Source: Dehalococcoidales bacterium
Lineage (GTDB): Bacteria; Chloroflexota; Dehalococcoidia; Dehalococcoidales; RBG-16-60-22
DNA length: 64,000 bases
Direction of reading: 5' to 3'
NCBI GenBank assembly: GCA_050018395.1
Contig: JBEKAC010000005.1
Location: forward strand, 4,794 to 68,793
Shown piece after piece: positions 1 through 7,578 of this stretch (the first letter of the stretch is position 1; every line of letters starts with the position of its first letter). A program made the translations under genes and the position numbers. The notes below the pieces were generated by a model. The model saw nothing but the letters and a program-made list of their open reading frames with translations, had not been told where the DNA came from and ran no database searches.

Positions 1-1
1 G

Positions 2-205
2 ATGAAACCTCTCGACTACCGGAAGATAATGCCCCGCCCGGAGATGATGTCCATGGCGCGTTACGGGCTGGAAAACCCCGGTAAAGTCACTGACTTACCT
101 AAACCTCCTCCCGCCCCGGTTGCAGCCTCTGCTCCTAAAGCGGCAGCCGGCCCGGCACCCGCCGGCGGCGCCCCCAAGGCAAATCCGGCTAAGGAGGTGA
201 AGTAA
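2..205 (+). CDS. 3' end of a CDS entering from upstream (Pro/Ala-rich tail); position suggests a MetF partner (MetV-like?) but no domain is visible
   Basis: Open frame from the window edge; stop is 2 nt before the metF ATG; only 67 aa visible, ending in the low-complexity stretch PAPVAASAPKAAAGPAPAGG. Confidence 0.3.
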   Translation: MKPLDYRKIMPRPEMMSMARYGLENPGKVTDLPKPPPAPVAASAPKAAAGPAPAGGAPKANPAKEVK

Positions 206-207
206 TC

Positions 208-1089
208 ATGAGCCTTCAATCTAAAATCGAGTCGGGCCAGTTTGCTATCTCCTGCGAGTTCGGGCCTGTCAAGGGCACTGATATCCATGAAATCAAGGAA
301 AACATCGAGATTCTGAAGGGCAAAGTAGACGCCGCCAACGTCACCGACCAGCAAAGCTCCGTGATGCGCATGTCCGGCCTGGCCACAGCAACCCTTTGCG
401 TGCAGGGCGGCCTCGAGCCTATCTACCAGATGACCTGCCGCGACCGCAACCGTATCGCCTTGCAGTCCGATCTCCTCGGGGCGTGGGTGATGGGTATTAA
501 AAATGTCCTGGCTTTGACCGGCGACCTGCCCTCGCTGGGTGACCATCCCCAGGCTAAAGGCGTCTTTGACCTCGATTCTGTTACTTTGCTTCAGGCGATC
601 ACTCGCCTCAACGAAGGCTTCGACCTTTCCGGCAATGAGCTTAAGGGCGCGCCCGCTTTCTTCCCCGGGGCGGTAGTCAAAGTGGAAAACAACACGGAGG
701 CTTCCTTCGAGCTGCAAATCGCCAAAATGCAGAAGAAAATCGCCGCCGGGGCGAAGTTCTTCCAGACCCAGGCCTGCTACGACGCCAAATCATTCGAGAA
801 GCTGATGCGGCGCGTCGAGAAATTCAAGGTCCCCGTGATGGTGGGTGTTATCCCGCTCAGAAATGCTGGCAGCGCCAGATATATGAACGCCAACGTGGCC
901 GGCATACACGTGCCGGAAGAACTGATCGACATCATGGCCAAAGCCGCCAAAGAAGACCGGGAAAAGGTGGGCATCCAGATGGCCGCCGATCTGATCAAGG
1001 CAATGAAGCCGATGTGCCAGGGCGTGCACATCATGGCGGTGGCCTGGGAAAAGAAAGTGCCGGAAATCATGGCGCTGGCCGGACTGTAG
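208..1089 (+). CDS. metF: 5,10-methylenetetrahydrofolate reductase
   Basis: 293 aa; FAISCEFGPVKG, QMTCRDRNRIALQSDLLG and VLALTGD motifs typical of the MetF TIM-barrel family; aaggagg RBS upstream. Confidence 0.85.
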   Translation: MSLQSKIESGQFAISCEFGPVKGTDIHEIKENIEILKGKVDAANVTDQQSSVMRMSGLATATLCVQGGLEPIYQMTCRDRNRIALQSDLLGAWVMGIKNVLALTGDLPSLGDHPQAKGVFDLDSVTLLQAITRLNEGFDLSGNELKGAPAFFPGAVVKVENNTEASFELQIAKMQKKIAAGAKFFQTQACYDAKSFEKLMRRVEKFKVPVMVGVIPLRNAGSARYMNANVAGIHVPEELIDIMAKAAKEDREKVGIQMAADLIKAMKPMCQGVHIMAVAWEKKVPEIMALAGL

Positions 1090-1123
1090 AAGCTATAAGC
1101 TCTAAGCTGTAAGATTTTAATGG

Positions 1124-1162
1124 AAAAATCCCCGACCCTGAAAAAGCCGGGGATTTTTGTTT
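1124..1162 (+). terminator. rho-independent terminator after metF
   Basis: atccccg...cggggat stem followed by tttttgttt. Confidence 0.65.
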
Positions 1163-1202
1163 CGGTTTATCTTTCGGTTAGATATATTTTGGGGTATTGG
1201 CG

Positions 1203-1238
1203 TCTCCCCTTCGTAAGGTGAGATAAGAGAGGGATTTT
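1203..1238. repeat. dispersed hairpin repeat, family A, copy 1
   Basis: tctccccttcgtaaggtgagataagagagggatttt; about 85 percent identical by eye to 19788-19825. Confidence 0.5.
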
Positions 1239-1296
1239 GCCCCTTCATCCCCGATCTTTAAAAAGTCTCAAAAAGTAGGGGATTTTTGTTTTATTT

Positions 1297-1806
1297 TTAC
1301 TTCTTCAGATTAACCACTATCTCTTTCGCCCACTTGTTTATCGCCTCCCAGTCGCGGAAATCACCCAATGATCCTCCTACCCTCTTGACTATCCATTTCT
1401 CAAAAGCGTTCATCTTTTCCGTATTCAGGCTGCCGCCGAATACAGTGATATCGCGGGGCTTTATCCGGTCGAGAAGCGGCTTGACGCCGCGCGGCACGAT
1501 AATGCCTTTCAGCAGTTCCGCGGGGTCGCCGTTGCCGGACGGCCCGGTGGAAAAGACCCACACCTTGATCTCCGCCAGGGCTGCCTCGTTTTTTTTCACG
1601 AAGCTGGTAGCTTCCTTGCGCCACATGCCCATGTACATGGCAGCGCCGATAACCACCCCGCTGTAGCCCGCCAGGCTTTTCACATCCTTAGCCGGCATCA
1701 CGTCCGCCGCCAGTCCCTCCTGCTTTAATACCTCCCCGATTTTCTCGGCGATTTCTCTGGTCGCCCCGTACTTGGACGCGTACGCGACAAGAACTCTCGT
1801 TGCCAT
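1297..1806 (-). CDS. flavodoxin-domain protein (HemG/flavodoxin-like)
   Basis: MATRVLVAYASKYGATREIAEKI N-terminus is a classic flavodoxin fold start; ATG at 1806 has a ggaggagaa RBS. The ORF-track extension to 1854 reads through a repeat hairpin. Confidence 0.7.
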   Translation of the reverse strand: MATRVLVAYASKYGATREIAEKIGEVLKQEGLAADVMPAKDVKSLAGYSGVVIGAAMYMGMWRKEATSFVKKNEAALAEIKVWVFSTGPSGNGDPAELLKGIIVPRGVKPLLDRIKPRDITVFGGSLNTEKMNAFEKWIVKRVGGSLGDFRDWEAINKWAKEIVVNLKK

Positions 1807-1818
1807 ATTCTTCTCCTC

Positions 1819-1851
1819 CCGCTCGTCCTTCGAAAGGCTCAGGATGAGCGG
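1819..1851. repeat. dispersed hairpin repeat, family B (TTCGAnAGGCTCA core)
   Basis: ccgctcgtccttcgaaaggctcaggatgagcgg; 9-bp stem with an 11-nt loop; related copies at 4563, 13023 and (inverted) 12945. Confidence 0.5.
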
Positions 1852-1874
1852 CAATTAAATCATGCTAATTTTCT

Positions 1875-2771
1875 CTAGTGGTCGTTGCCGAAGGGGTGAA
1901 TATCGCACATGATCATCGGCTTATCCAGCTTGACCACGCCGCCCGGCCAATGGGGCAGGAAGGGCGGCGTAAGGATGGCGGTGGACTTGGTGAAAGTATG
2001 TTTTTCCTGCTCTTTGCCCAGGCAGATCTCGAACTCCGCGCCGAGGTCTTCCATGTTATAGGGATCGGTGCCCATAAACATCATGATCTGGGTGGTGGGG
2101 TGGGCGTGGGGTTTTTCCGGCTCCGGGCAGAGGCGGTAAGGGCCGCGCTTCATGCTCTCGTACAGCATAACGAAGTCGAACCCCGCCACTTCTTTCGTCC
2201 GCACGAAAGCGAGGTGACCGCCGCCGTCGTCGCGGTTGGTGGGGCCGTAGACCCAGGCGCCCTTCCGCGTGAAAGCCAGGGGCATGACGTATTTCTTCAT
2301 CGGCGTCCGCATGCCGACAATCGGCCCCGGTTGCTTGCCTTCCAGGGCGGGTTTTTCGCTATATTCCGGCGTTAAAGAAATTTCGTAGTAGAAGAAGGGC
2401 TTGTTCAGGAAATTCACGGTGGCGGGGAAATGGGGCATGCCCTTAGGAATCGCTATCGCGGTGGTGGTGGTAATCATGTGCGTTTCCAGGTCATCGCCGA
2501 GGCAGAACTCCACCTCCGCGTGCAGGTCGCCGATGTCGTTCATGTCCGAACCGGCGAAAAGGAGCACCTGGTCGAAGTCGTGTACATGGGGGGTGTAGGG
2601 TTCCTTGCCCATTCTGCCGGCCAGCCAGTAGGTGCCGTACTTGACGTGGACATCGAACCCGAGCCATTTTTTATCCAGCACCGCGCCGCGGCGGAAGCCG
2701 TTCTCACTAAAGTCCTGGAACGGGACGGCCTTGGCGAAATTATCGTACTTCATCGCTGATGCTTTGGGCAT
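1875..2771 (-). CDS. hypothetical two-domain (bicupin-like) protein
   Basis: 298 aa with an internal duplication: PHVHDFDQVLLFAGSDMNDIGDLHAEVEFCLG versus PHAHPTTQIMMFMGTDPYNMEDLGAEFEICLG. Confidence 0.55.
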   Translation of the reverse strand: MPKASAMKYDNFAKAVPFQDFSENGFRRGAVLDKKWLGFDVHVKYGTYWLAGRMGKEPYTPHVHDFDQVLLFAGSDMNDIGDLHAEVEFCLGDDLETHMITTTTAIAIPKGMPHFPATVNFLNKPFFYYEISLTPEYSEKPALEGKQPGPIVGMRTPMKKYVMPLAFTRKGAWVYGPTNRDDGGGHLAFVRTKEVAGFDFVMLYESMKRGPYRLCPEPEKPHAHPTTQIMMFMGTDPYNMEDLGAEFEICLGKEQEKHTFTKSTAILTPPFLPHWPGGVVKLDKPMIMCDIHPFGNDH

Positions 2772-2895
2772 AACGCCTCCTTCTTTTTTGGTATTGTTTT
2801 ACAGCATTTTAACGGAAAAAGGAAAAAATTGCCAATATCGCACGATGATGCCGGTCAATTGCCTTTCCGGAGGCCAGACGCTATAGTGAAAAGGT

Positions 2896-3912
2896 ATGCA
2901 GACCAGCGACTTCGATTATGCTTTACCGCCGGAGCTCATCGCCCAGACGCCCATCGAGCCGAGGGACAGCTCCAGGCTGCTGGTGTTGGATCGAAAAGAC
3001 GGTTCTATCCGGCACCGCCGCTTTTTTGAAATTACCGAATACCTCAATGACGGCGATTTGATGGTTTTCAATGACAGCCGCGTCATCCCGGCGCGCCTCC
3101 AGGGGAAAAGGGAGGGGAGCGGGGGTATGGCGGAAATTCTGCTGCTGCGGCGGGCGGGGGAAAATACCTGGGAGGGGCTGGTAAAGCCGGCTAAAAGATT
3201 ACAAACCGGGGCGAAGATTGAAATCGGGGAGGAAATTACCGCGGAGATAATTGCCACGGGCAAGGAAGGGCTGCGGACGCTCCGTTTTTCCGATGAAACA
3301 CGCCTTTTTAGCGCCGGCGAGATGCCGCTGCCGCCCTATATTCACGAGCCGCTGCAAAACCCGGAAAGATACCAGACGGTCTATTCTAAAGTGGCGGGCA
3401 GCGCCGCCGCGCCGACGGCCGGGCTGCACTTTACGACGGAGCTATTGGAAAAGATAAAAGCCAAAGGCGTGCACTGCCTTTTTACCACGCTGCACGTGGG
3501 GCTGGACACCTTCCGGCCGGTCACCGAGGAAGACCCGGCCAAACATACTATCTATCGCGAATACGGCATGCTTAACGAAGCAACAGCCGTCGAATTAACG
3601 GCGGCGAAAAAAGAGGGGCGGCGCGTCATCTGCGTGGGCACGACCTCTGTCCGGCTGGTGGAGCAGGCCGCTTTGGTGAGCCCGCCGGGAGAAATCCGGC
3701 CTTTCCAGGACTGGGTGAGCCTCTTTATCCTACCGGGGCATCAATTCAAGGCGGTGGACGCCCTGGTCACCAACTTTCATTTGCCGAAATCGACGCTGCT
3801 GATGCTGGTGACGGCTTTCGCCGGCAAAGATAACATCATGCAAGCCTACCGGGCAGCGATCGATCAAAGATACCGTTTTTACAGCTTTGGCGATGCGATG
3901 TTGATTCTATAA
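2896..3912 (+). CDS. queA: S-adenosylmethionine:tRNA ribosyltransferase-isomerase
   Basis: 338 aa; the start MQTSDFDYALPPELIAQTPIEPRDSSRLLVL and the end NFHLPKSTLLMLV...RFYSFGDAMLI are QueA hallmarks. Confidence 0.9.
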   Translation: MQTSDFDYALPPELIAQTPIEPRDSSRLLVLDRKDGSIRHRRFFEITEYLNDGDLMVFNDSRVIPARLQGKREGSGGMAEILLLRRAGENTWEGLVKPAKRLQTGAKIEIGEEITAEIIATGKEGLRTLRFSDETRLFSAGEMPLPPYIHEPLQNPERYQTVYSKVAGSAAAPTAGLHFTTELLEKIKAKGVHCLFTTLHVGLDTFRPVTEEDPAKHTIYREYGMLNEATAVELTAAKKEGRRVICVGTTSVRLVEQAALVSPPGEIRPFQDWVSLFILPGHQFKAVDALVTNFHLPKSTLLMLVTAFAGKDNIMQAYRAAIDQRYRFYSFGDAMLIL

Positions 3913-4191
3913 AGAGTTCTCCGGATAAAAGAAAGGGCAGACTCCTTCAGCTTTACGCTTCAGAACGTCTGCCCTTAACCCCGTTCCATTACTCCTCCAC
4001 TTTGGTTACCCACGCCAAATGCCCGTAAGATTGCACCGGGCTTTTTATCGGCTTACGAGGAGCTTAGGAACCTCCCATGTGTTAATGCTTCTTTGTTAAC
4101 TGCACATCACCTTCTTTCTTTCCCGACTATCATCCACCCCACCACCTTTAATTATTTTAAGGATAAATGCAGGATAATACTGCGACTTTTC

Positions 4192-4419
4192 TCACCAGTC
4201 GCGGTAAATACGGCAGGGCTGCGTCGAGCCGCAATCGTGGTAGATGCTGTGCCCCGACTGGAAAAATTTGCGGGTGGGCATCAGGCGGCGGTCCTGGATA
4301 AAGACGCTCTGGATGGCCTTGCACTTGGGGCAGAAGACCATCGCCTCGCCCGACTGAATATTAGTGGCTAATTCGGGCAGGACGCCGGTTTTTTCTTTTT
4401 CGATGGTCGTTATCGTCAT
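4192..4419 (-). CDS. small Cys-containing hypothetical protein
   Basis: 75-aa ORF with CPKC...HDC...C; no family recognised. Confidence 0.35.
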   Translation of the reverse strand: MTITTIEKEKTGVLPELATNIQSGEAMVFCPKCKAIQSVFIQDRRLMPTRKFFQSGHSIYHDCGSTQPCRIYRDW

Positions 4420-4562
4420 CGTTATATCCTGAAAAGTTGTTACAAGAAAATTTTATAAGCCGGAGAGTGGACAAGTTATAAAATTCCCGCGAAAAATATA
4501 ACACTCTTATATCATTTTTAGGGGCAATCGGGTGGGGCTACAAAGCAATAAACGCGGTTAAT

Positions 4563-4591
4563 CTCACCCTTCGACAGGCTCAGGGTGAGCG
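4563..4591. repeat. dispersed hairpin repeat, family B
   Basis: ctcacccttcgacaggctcagggtgagcg; 8-bp stem with the same tcgaNaggctc loop as 1819-1851. Confidence 0.5.
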
Positions 4592-4616
4592 AGGCAGAGC
4601 GGGGGCTTAGCTGTAA

Positions 4617-5276
4617 CTACTTTTTATTAGGGCGGGGATAAGCTTTGCCGTCGCGCAATTCGATGTAGTTGACCTCCGCCAGTTCGTCCAGCATCAGCTG
4701 AACGTTGACGTCGTAAAGCGGGGGGTAAATATCGTCCTTTTCAAAATCAGAGAATTTGGCCAGGATTTCCGAGATAGTGATGCCGGGATTTTCTTTAATT
4801 TTTTCGTAAATGCTCATCTCGCGTTTGTAATAGGGGAGGGTATAGCCGCCGCTGGCCAGGTCGATGGGCTCAACCATAAAATAGGCGGAAGTCCGGCAGT
4901 CCGCGCAGCCGAAGCCGCTGCCGCCGCGCCGTCCATTGGGGCGTTCCGGCCGGGACACGATGGAGGATTTGCCGCCGGAGCCGGCCGGCGCTGCTTTAAG
5001 GGGGCGGAAACCGATACCATCATACTTTTTCATGGACGGGTCTTTGGCGCTCAAGCCGGAGTATTTAAAGATAATGCGTTCGTAGGCGCTCTTGCCGGCG
5101 AAGAAAGTTTGCCAGACTGTCGGCACCATAGTCAATAGTACGCCGGGGCAAATCCTGCCCTCGACGCGCTCGCCGTCATAGGTGAACTCCTCGCCGATTT
5201 TGTAGTCGAAGTGGCAGGGGAATTTATCCACGTCGTTCATAAACCCGATAAGCTTACCCCTAACTTTAAACGGCAT
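4617..5276 (-). CDS. hypothetical protein; N-terminal Cys motif region resembles TIGR04076-type proteins, C-terminus looks winged-helix-like
   Basis: 219 aa; FPCHFDYKIGEEF...GRICPGVLLTMVP, a Gly/Arg linker, then ITISEILAKFSD...LAEVNYIELRDG. Confidence 0.45.
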   Translation of the reverse strand: MPFKVRGKLIGFMNDVDKFPCHFDYKIGEEFTYDGERVEGRICPGVLLTMVPTVWQTFFAGKSAYERIIFKYSGLSAKDPSMKKYDGIGFRPLKAAPAGSGGKSSIVSRPERPNGRRGGSGFGCADCRTSAYFMVEPIDLASGGYTLPYYKREMSIYEKIKENPGITISEILAKFSDFEKDDIYPPLYDVNVQLMLDELAEVNYIELRDGKAYPRPNKK

Positions 5277-5321
5277 ATCAAACCCTCCTGTTTTATTTGG
5301 GAATCACGCTATTTTGATATT

Positions 5322-5657
5322 TCAAAGCGTTTTCTTTAAAGCTTCCAGCATTTCCCGCGTTCCGGGCCGAACAATTTTATCGCAGGGGCACTCGGGGCAA
5401 TGCACGCAGGTAAGATATCCCTTGTTTTGAGCGCAGGTGCGTATATTGCAGGTAGCGCAGTAGGTCACTATCCGGCCCCCCGCCCGGCAGCCATCGCATA
5501 ATATGTCTTCAACGGTATGTTTTGTCCCGGTAGCTTTATCCCATTTCTCCGCGACACGTTTTCTTTCCGCTTCGTCATTGCTTTGAGTGGCTTTGTAAGC
5601 CGGACAATTAGAGCAATCGAAGCCGCAAACGGCGATTAAATCACTTAACATAATCAT
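5322..5657 (-). CDS. Cys-rich DUF3795-like protein
   Basis: 111 aa; CGFDCSNCPAY start motif plus several further Cys pairs. Confidence 0.55.
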   Translation of the reverse strand: MIMLSDLIAVCGFDCSNCPAYKATQSNDEAERKRVAEKWDKATGTKHTVEDILCDGCRAGGRIVTYCATCNIRTCAQNKGYLTCVHCPECPCDKIVRPGTREMLEALKKTL

Positions 5658-5670
5658 GAACTATCTCCGT

Positions 5671-6030
5671 TTAATCTTTTACCGGCATGCCCGGCATTTT
5701 CCCCTCCACGAGCGGGACGACGCAAATGATGCGCAGCATTTCTTTACCGGCGTTGGCAAAGCTATGTTGTTCGTTGGGCAGTACCGTCACGGCATCGCCT
5801 GGCGCCAGCGGGGTCTCTTTGCCGCTACCCCTTAAGGCCCCCTTACCCTCCAGCACAAAAACCTCGTGCTCCCAGGGGTGGGTGTGTAAAGGGGTGGCGC
5901 TGCCCCTTTCTATTTCAAAGACGCGCATGACGAAGGTGGGCGCTTTTTCCGCCGGCCCCGCCACTACCCGCATGGTTACGCCGGGCGCCGCCGCTATGCC
6001 GTTGACTTGACGGTAGTTCTGTACTTTCAT
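5671..6030 (-). CDS. cupin domain protein
   Basis: 119 aa; HTHPWEHEVFVLEGKG ... GDAVTVLPNEQHSF two-motif cupin signature. Confidence 0.75.
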   Translation of the reverse strand: MKVQNYRQVNGIAAAPGVTMRVVAGPAEKAPTFVMRVFEIERGSATPLHTHPWEHEVFVLEGKGALRGSGKETPLAPGDAVTVLPNEQHSFANAGKEMLRIICVVPLVEGKMPGMPVKD

Positions 6031-6141
6031 CAGATCTCCTTAAAAAGGTAATTACAGCCAATTATCAGGCACAGTTTTCAGGTTGTCAAGAAATTGACCG
6101 CAAAATAGCCGTCTGTTATTCTATGATGGAAGGTAGAGCAT

Positions 6142-6642
6142 GTGGCAAACGACGAGCTGCAAATCAGGGAAATAACCGGTGAAAACCTGGATAAGAGTGT
6201 GAACATCATCCGTCGCGCCTTCGGTACGGTGGCGGAGGAAATGGGATATACGGAAGCCCTGGTGTCCGCCTTCCCGGCTTTCACCACCGTGGAAAAACTC
6301 AACGTGCTTAAGTCGCGCGGGGCGGTATTTTTCGGGGGGTTCATCGATGGGAAGCAGGCGGGCTTCGCTGCATTAGAGAAGGAACCGGACGGCAAGTATT
6401 ACATCAAAAGGATCTCGGTACTACCGGAATACCGGCATAGTGGCCTGGGCCGGGCGCTGGTGAATCACGTCATCGGATACGTTAGAAACAAAGGCGAAAC
6501 CAAACTTCACCTCACGATGGCCGATGAAAACCCGGTTTTAAGGAACTGGTACCTCGGGATGGGGTTCAAGGAAACATCGATAAAGAAATTCGAGCACCTG
6601 CCCTTTTATGTGAGTTTCATGGAGCGGGATATCAGGCAGTAG
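6142..6642 (+). CDS. GNAT family N-acetyltransferase
   Basis: 166 aa, GTG start; ISVLPEYRHSGLGRALVNHV acetyl-CoA binding motif. Confidence 0.75.
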   Translation: MANDELQIREITGENLDKSVNIIRRAFGTVAEEMGYTEALVSAFPAFTTVEKLNVLKSRGAVFFGGFIDGKQAGFAALEKEPDGKYYIKRISVLPEYRHSGLGRALVNHVIGYVRNKGETKLHLTMADENPVLRNWYLGMGFKETSIKKFEHLPFYVSFMERDIRQ

Positions 6643-6655
6643 CAAAGGGGATAAC

Positions 6656-7573
6656 ATGTTTGATTGGGATGCAATAATCATCGGCGGGGGGCCGGCCGGG
6701 CTTACGGCGGGGCTTTATTTGAGCCGGGCCAAGCGGCGGGTGTTGCTTTTGGATAAAGACGCCGCCGGAGGCTACCCGCGTAATATCGCGCTGATTGAGA
6801 ATTACCCAGGCTTTGCCGACGGCATCGCCGGGCCACAGCTGACTTCACAAATGGTGGCGCAGGCTGTGAAATACGGCCTCCAGACGGAAATTGCCGAGGT
6901 CACCAGCATCGAGCTGTTTTCCGGCACGCGTTATGTAGGGTGCGCCCGCGGCCAGGGCTACACCACCAACGTTGTCATCATCGCCGGAGGTTCGAAGAAC
7001 AAAAAACTGGGCGTCCCCGGTGAAGCCGAGTTGGCGGGTAAGGGCGTCTTCGAGTGCGCCTTCTGCGACGGCGGGCACTTCGCCGGCCGGGTGGTGGCGG
7101 TCTGCGGCGGGGGAGACGCTGGCGTGACCGAGGGGCTCTACATGTCTAAAATCGCCTCGAAGGTGATTCTCATCGAGGCGATGCTGGTAATGACCGCCGC
7201 GGCGGTATTACGGGAGAGAGTGGCGGCCAACCCCAAAATAGAGGTGCGCCTCGGCACCCGGGTGGAAGCAATCTTGGGTAAGGAAAAGGTGGAAGCGGTA
7301 GCGCTGGCGGCGGGGGATAGAAAAGAAACACTAAAGGTGGATGGCGTGCTGGTGCACATTGGCCTGGAGCCGAATACCGGCTATCTGGAAGGCATCGTAC
7401 CGCTGGACGCACAGGGGCAGATTATCGTTAACGGGAAAATGGAGAGCGAAGTGCCTTATATCTTCGCCGCGGGGGACATAAGGAGCGGCTCGCCCCGACA
7501 AGTTGTCGGGGCGGTGGGTGACGGCGCCATCGCGGCGATAACGGCGGAGAGATTGCTACAGCGAGAGGGATAA
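6656..7573 (+). CDS. thioredoxin-reductase-like FAD-dependent pyridine nucleotide-disulfide oxidoreductase
   Basis: 305 aa; IIIGGGPAGLTAGLY FAD motif, CAFC redox pair (canonical TrxB has CATC), second GGGDAG dinucleotide motif. Confidence 0.75.
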   Translation: MFDWDAIIIGGGPAGLTAGLYLSRAKRRVLLLDKDAAGGYPRNIALIENYPGFADGIAGPQLTSQMVAQAVKYGLQTEIAEVTSIELFSGTRYVGCARGQGYTTNVVIIAGGSKNKKLGVPGEAELAGKGVFECAFCDGGHFAGRVVAVCGGGDAGVTEGLYMSKIASKVILIEAMLVMTAAAVLRERVAANPKIEVRLGTRVEAILGKEKVEAVALAAGDRKETLKVDGVLVHIGLEPNTGYLEGIVPLDAQGQIIVNGKMESEVPYIFAAGDIRSGSPRQVVGAVGDGAIAAITAERLLQREG

Positions 7574-7578
7574 AGCTG

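Noticed and set aside
61-717. 218-aa minus-strand ORF
   Set aside because: It lies entirely antisense to the well-supported metF. It has the Gly/Ala/Arg-rich composition typical of shadow ORFs in GC-rich DNA, with no RBS or recognisable domain.
1807-1854. N-terminal extension of the flavodoxin ORF (MPLILSLSKDEREEKN)
   Set aside because: The extension is a translation of the family-B hairpin repeat. An ATG with a good RBS follows at 1806.
3935-3974. gggcagac...gtctgccc hairpin after queA, considered as a terminator
   Set aside because: The loop is 24 nt and no T-run follows, so it is too weak to call.
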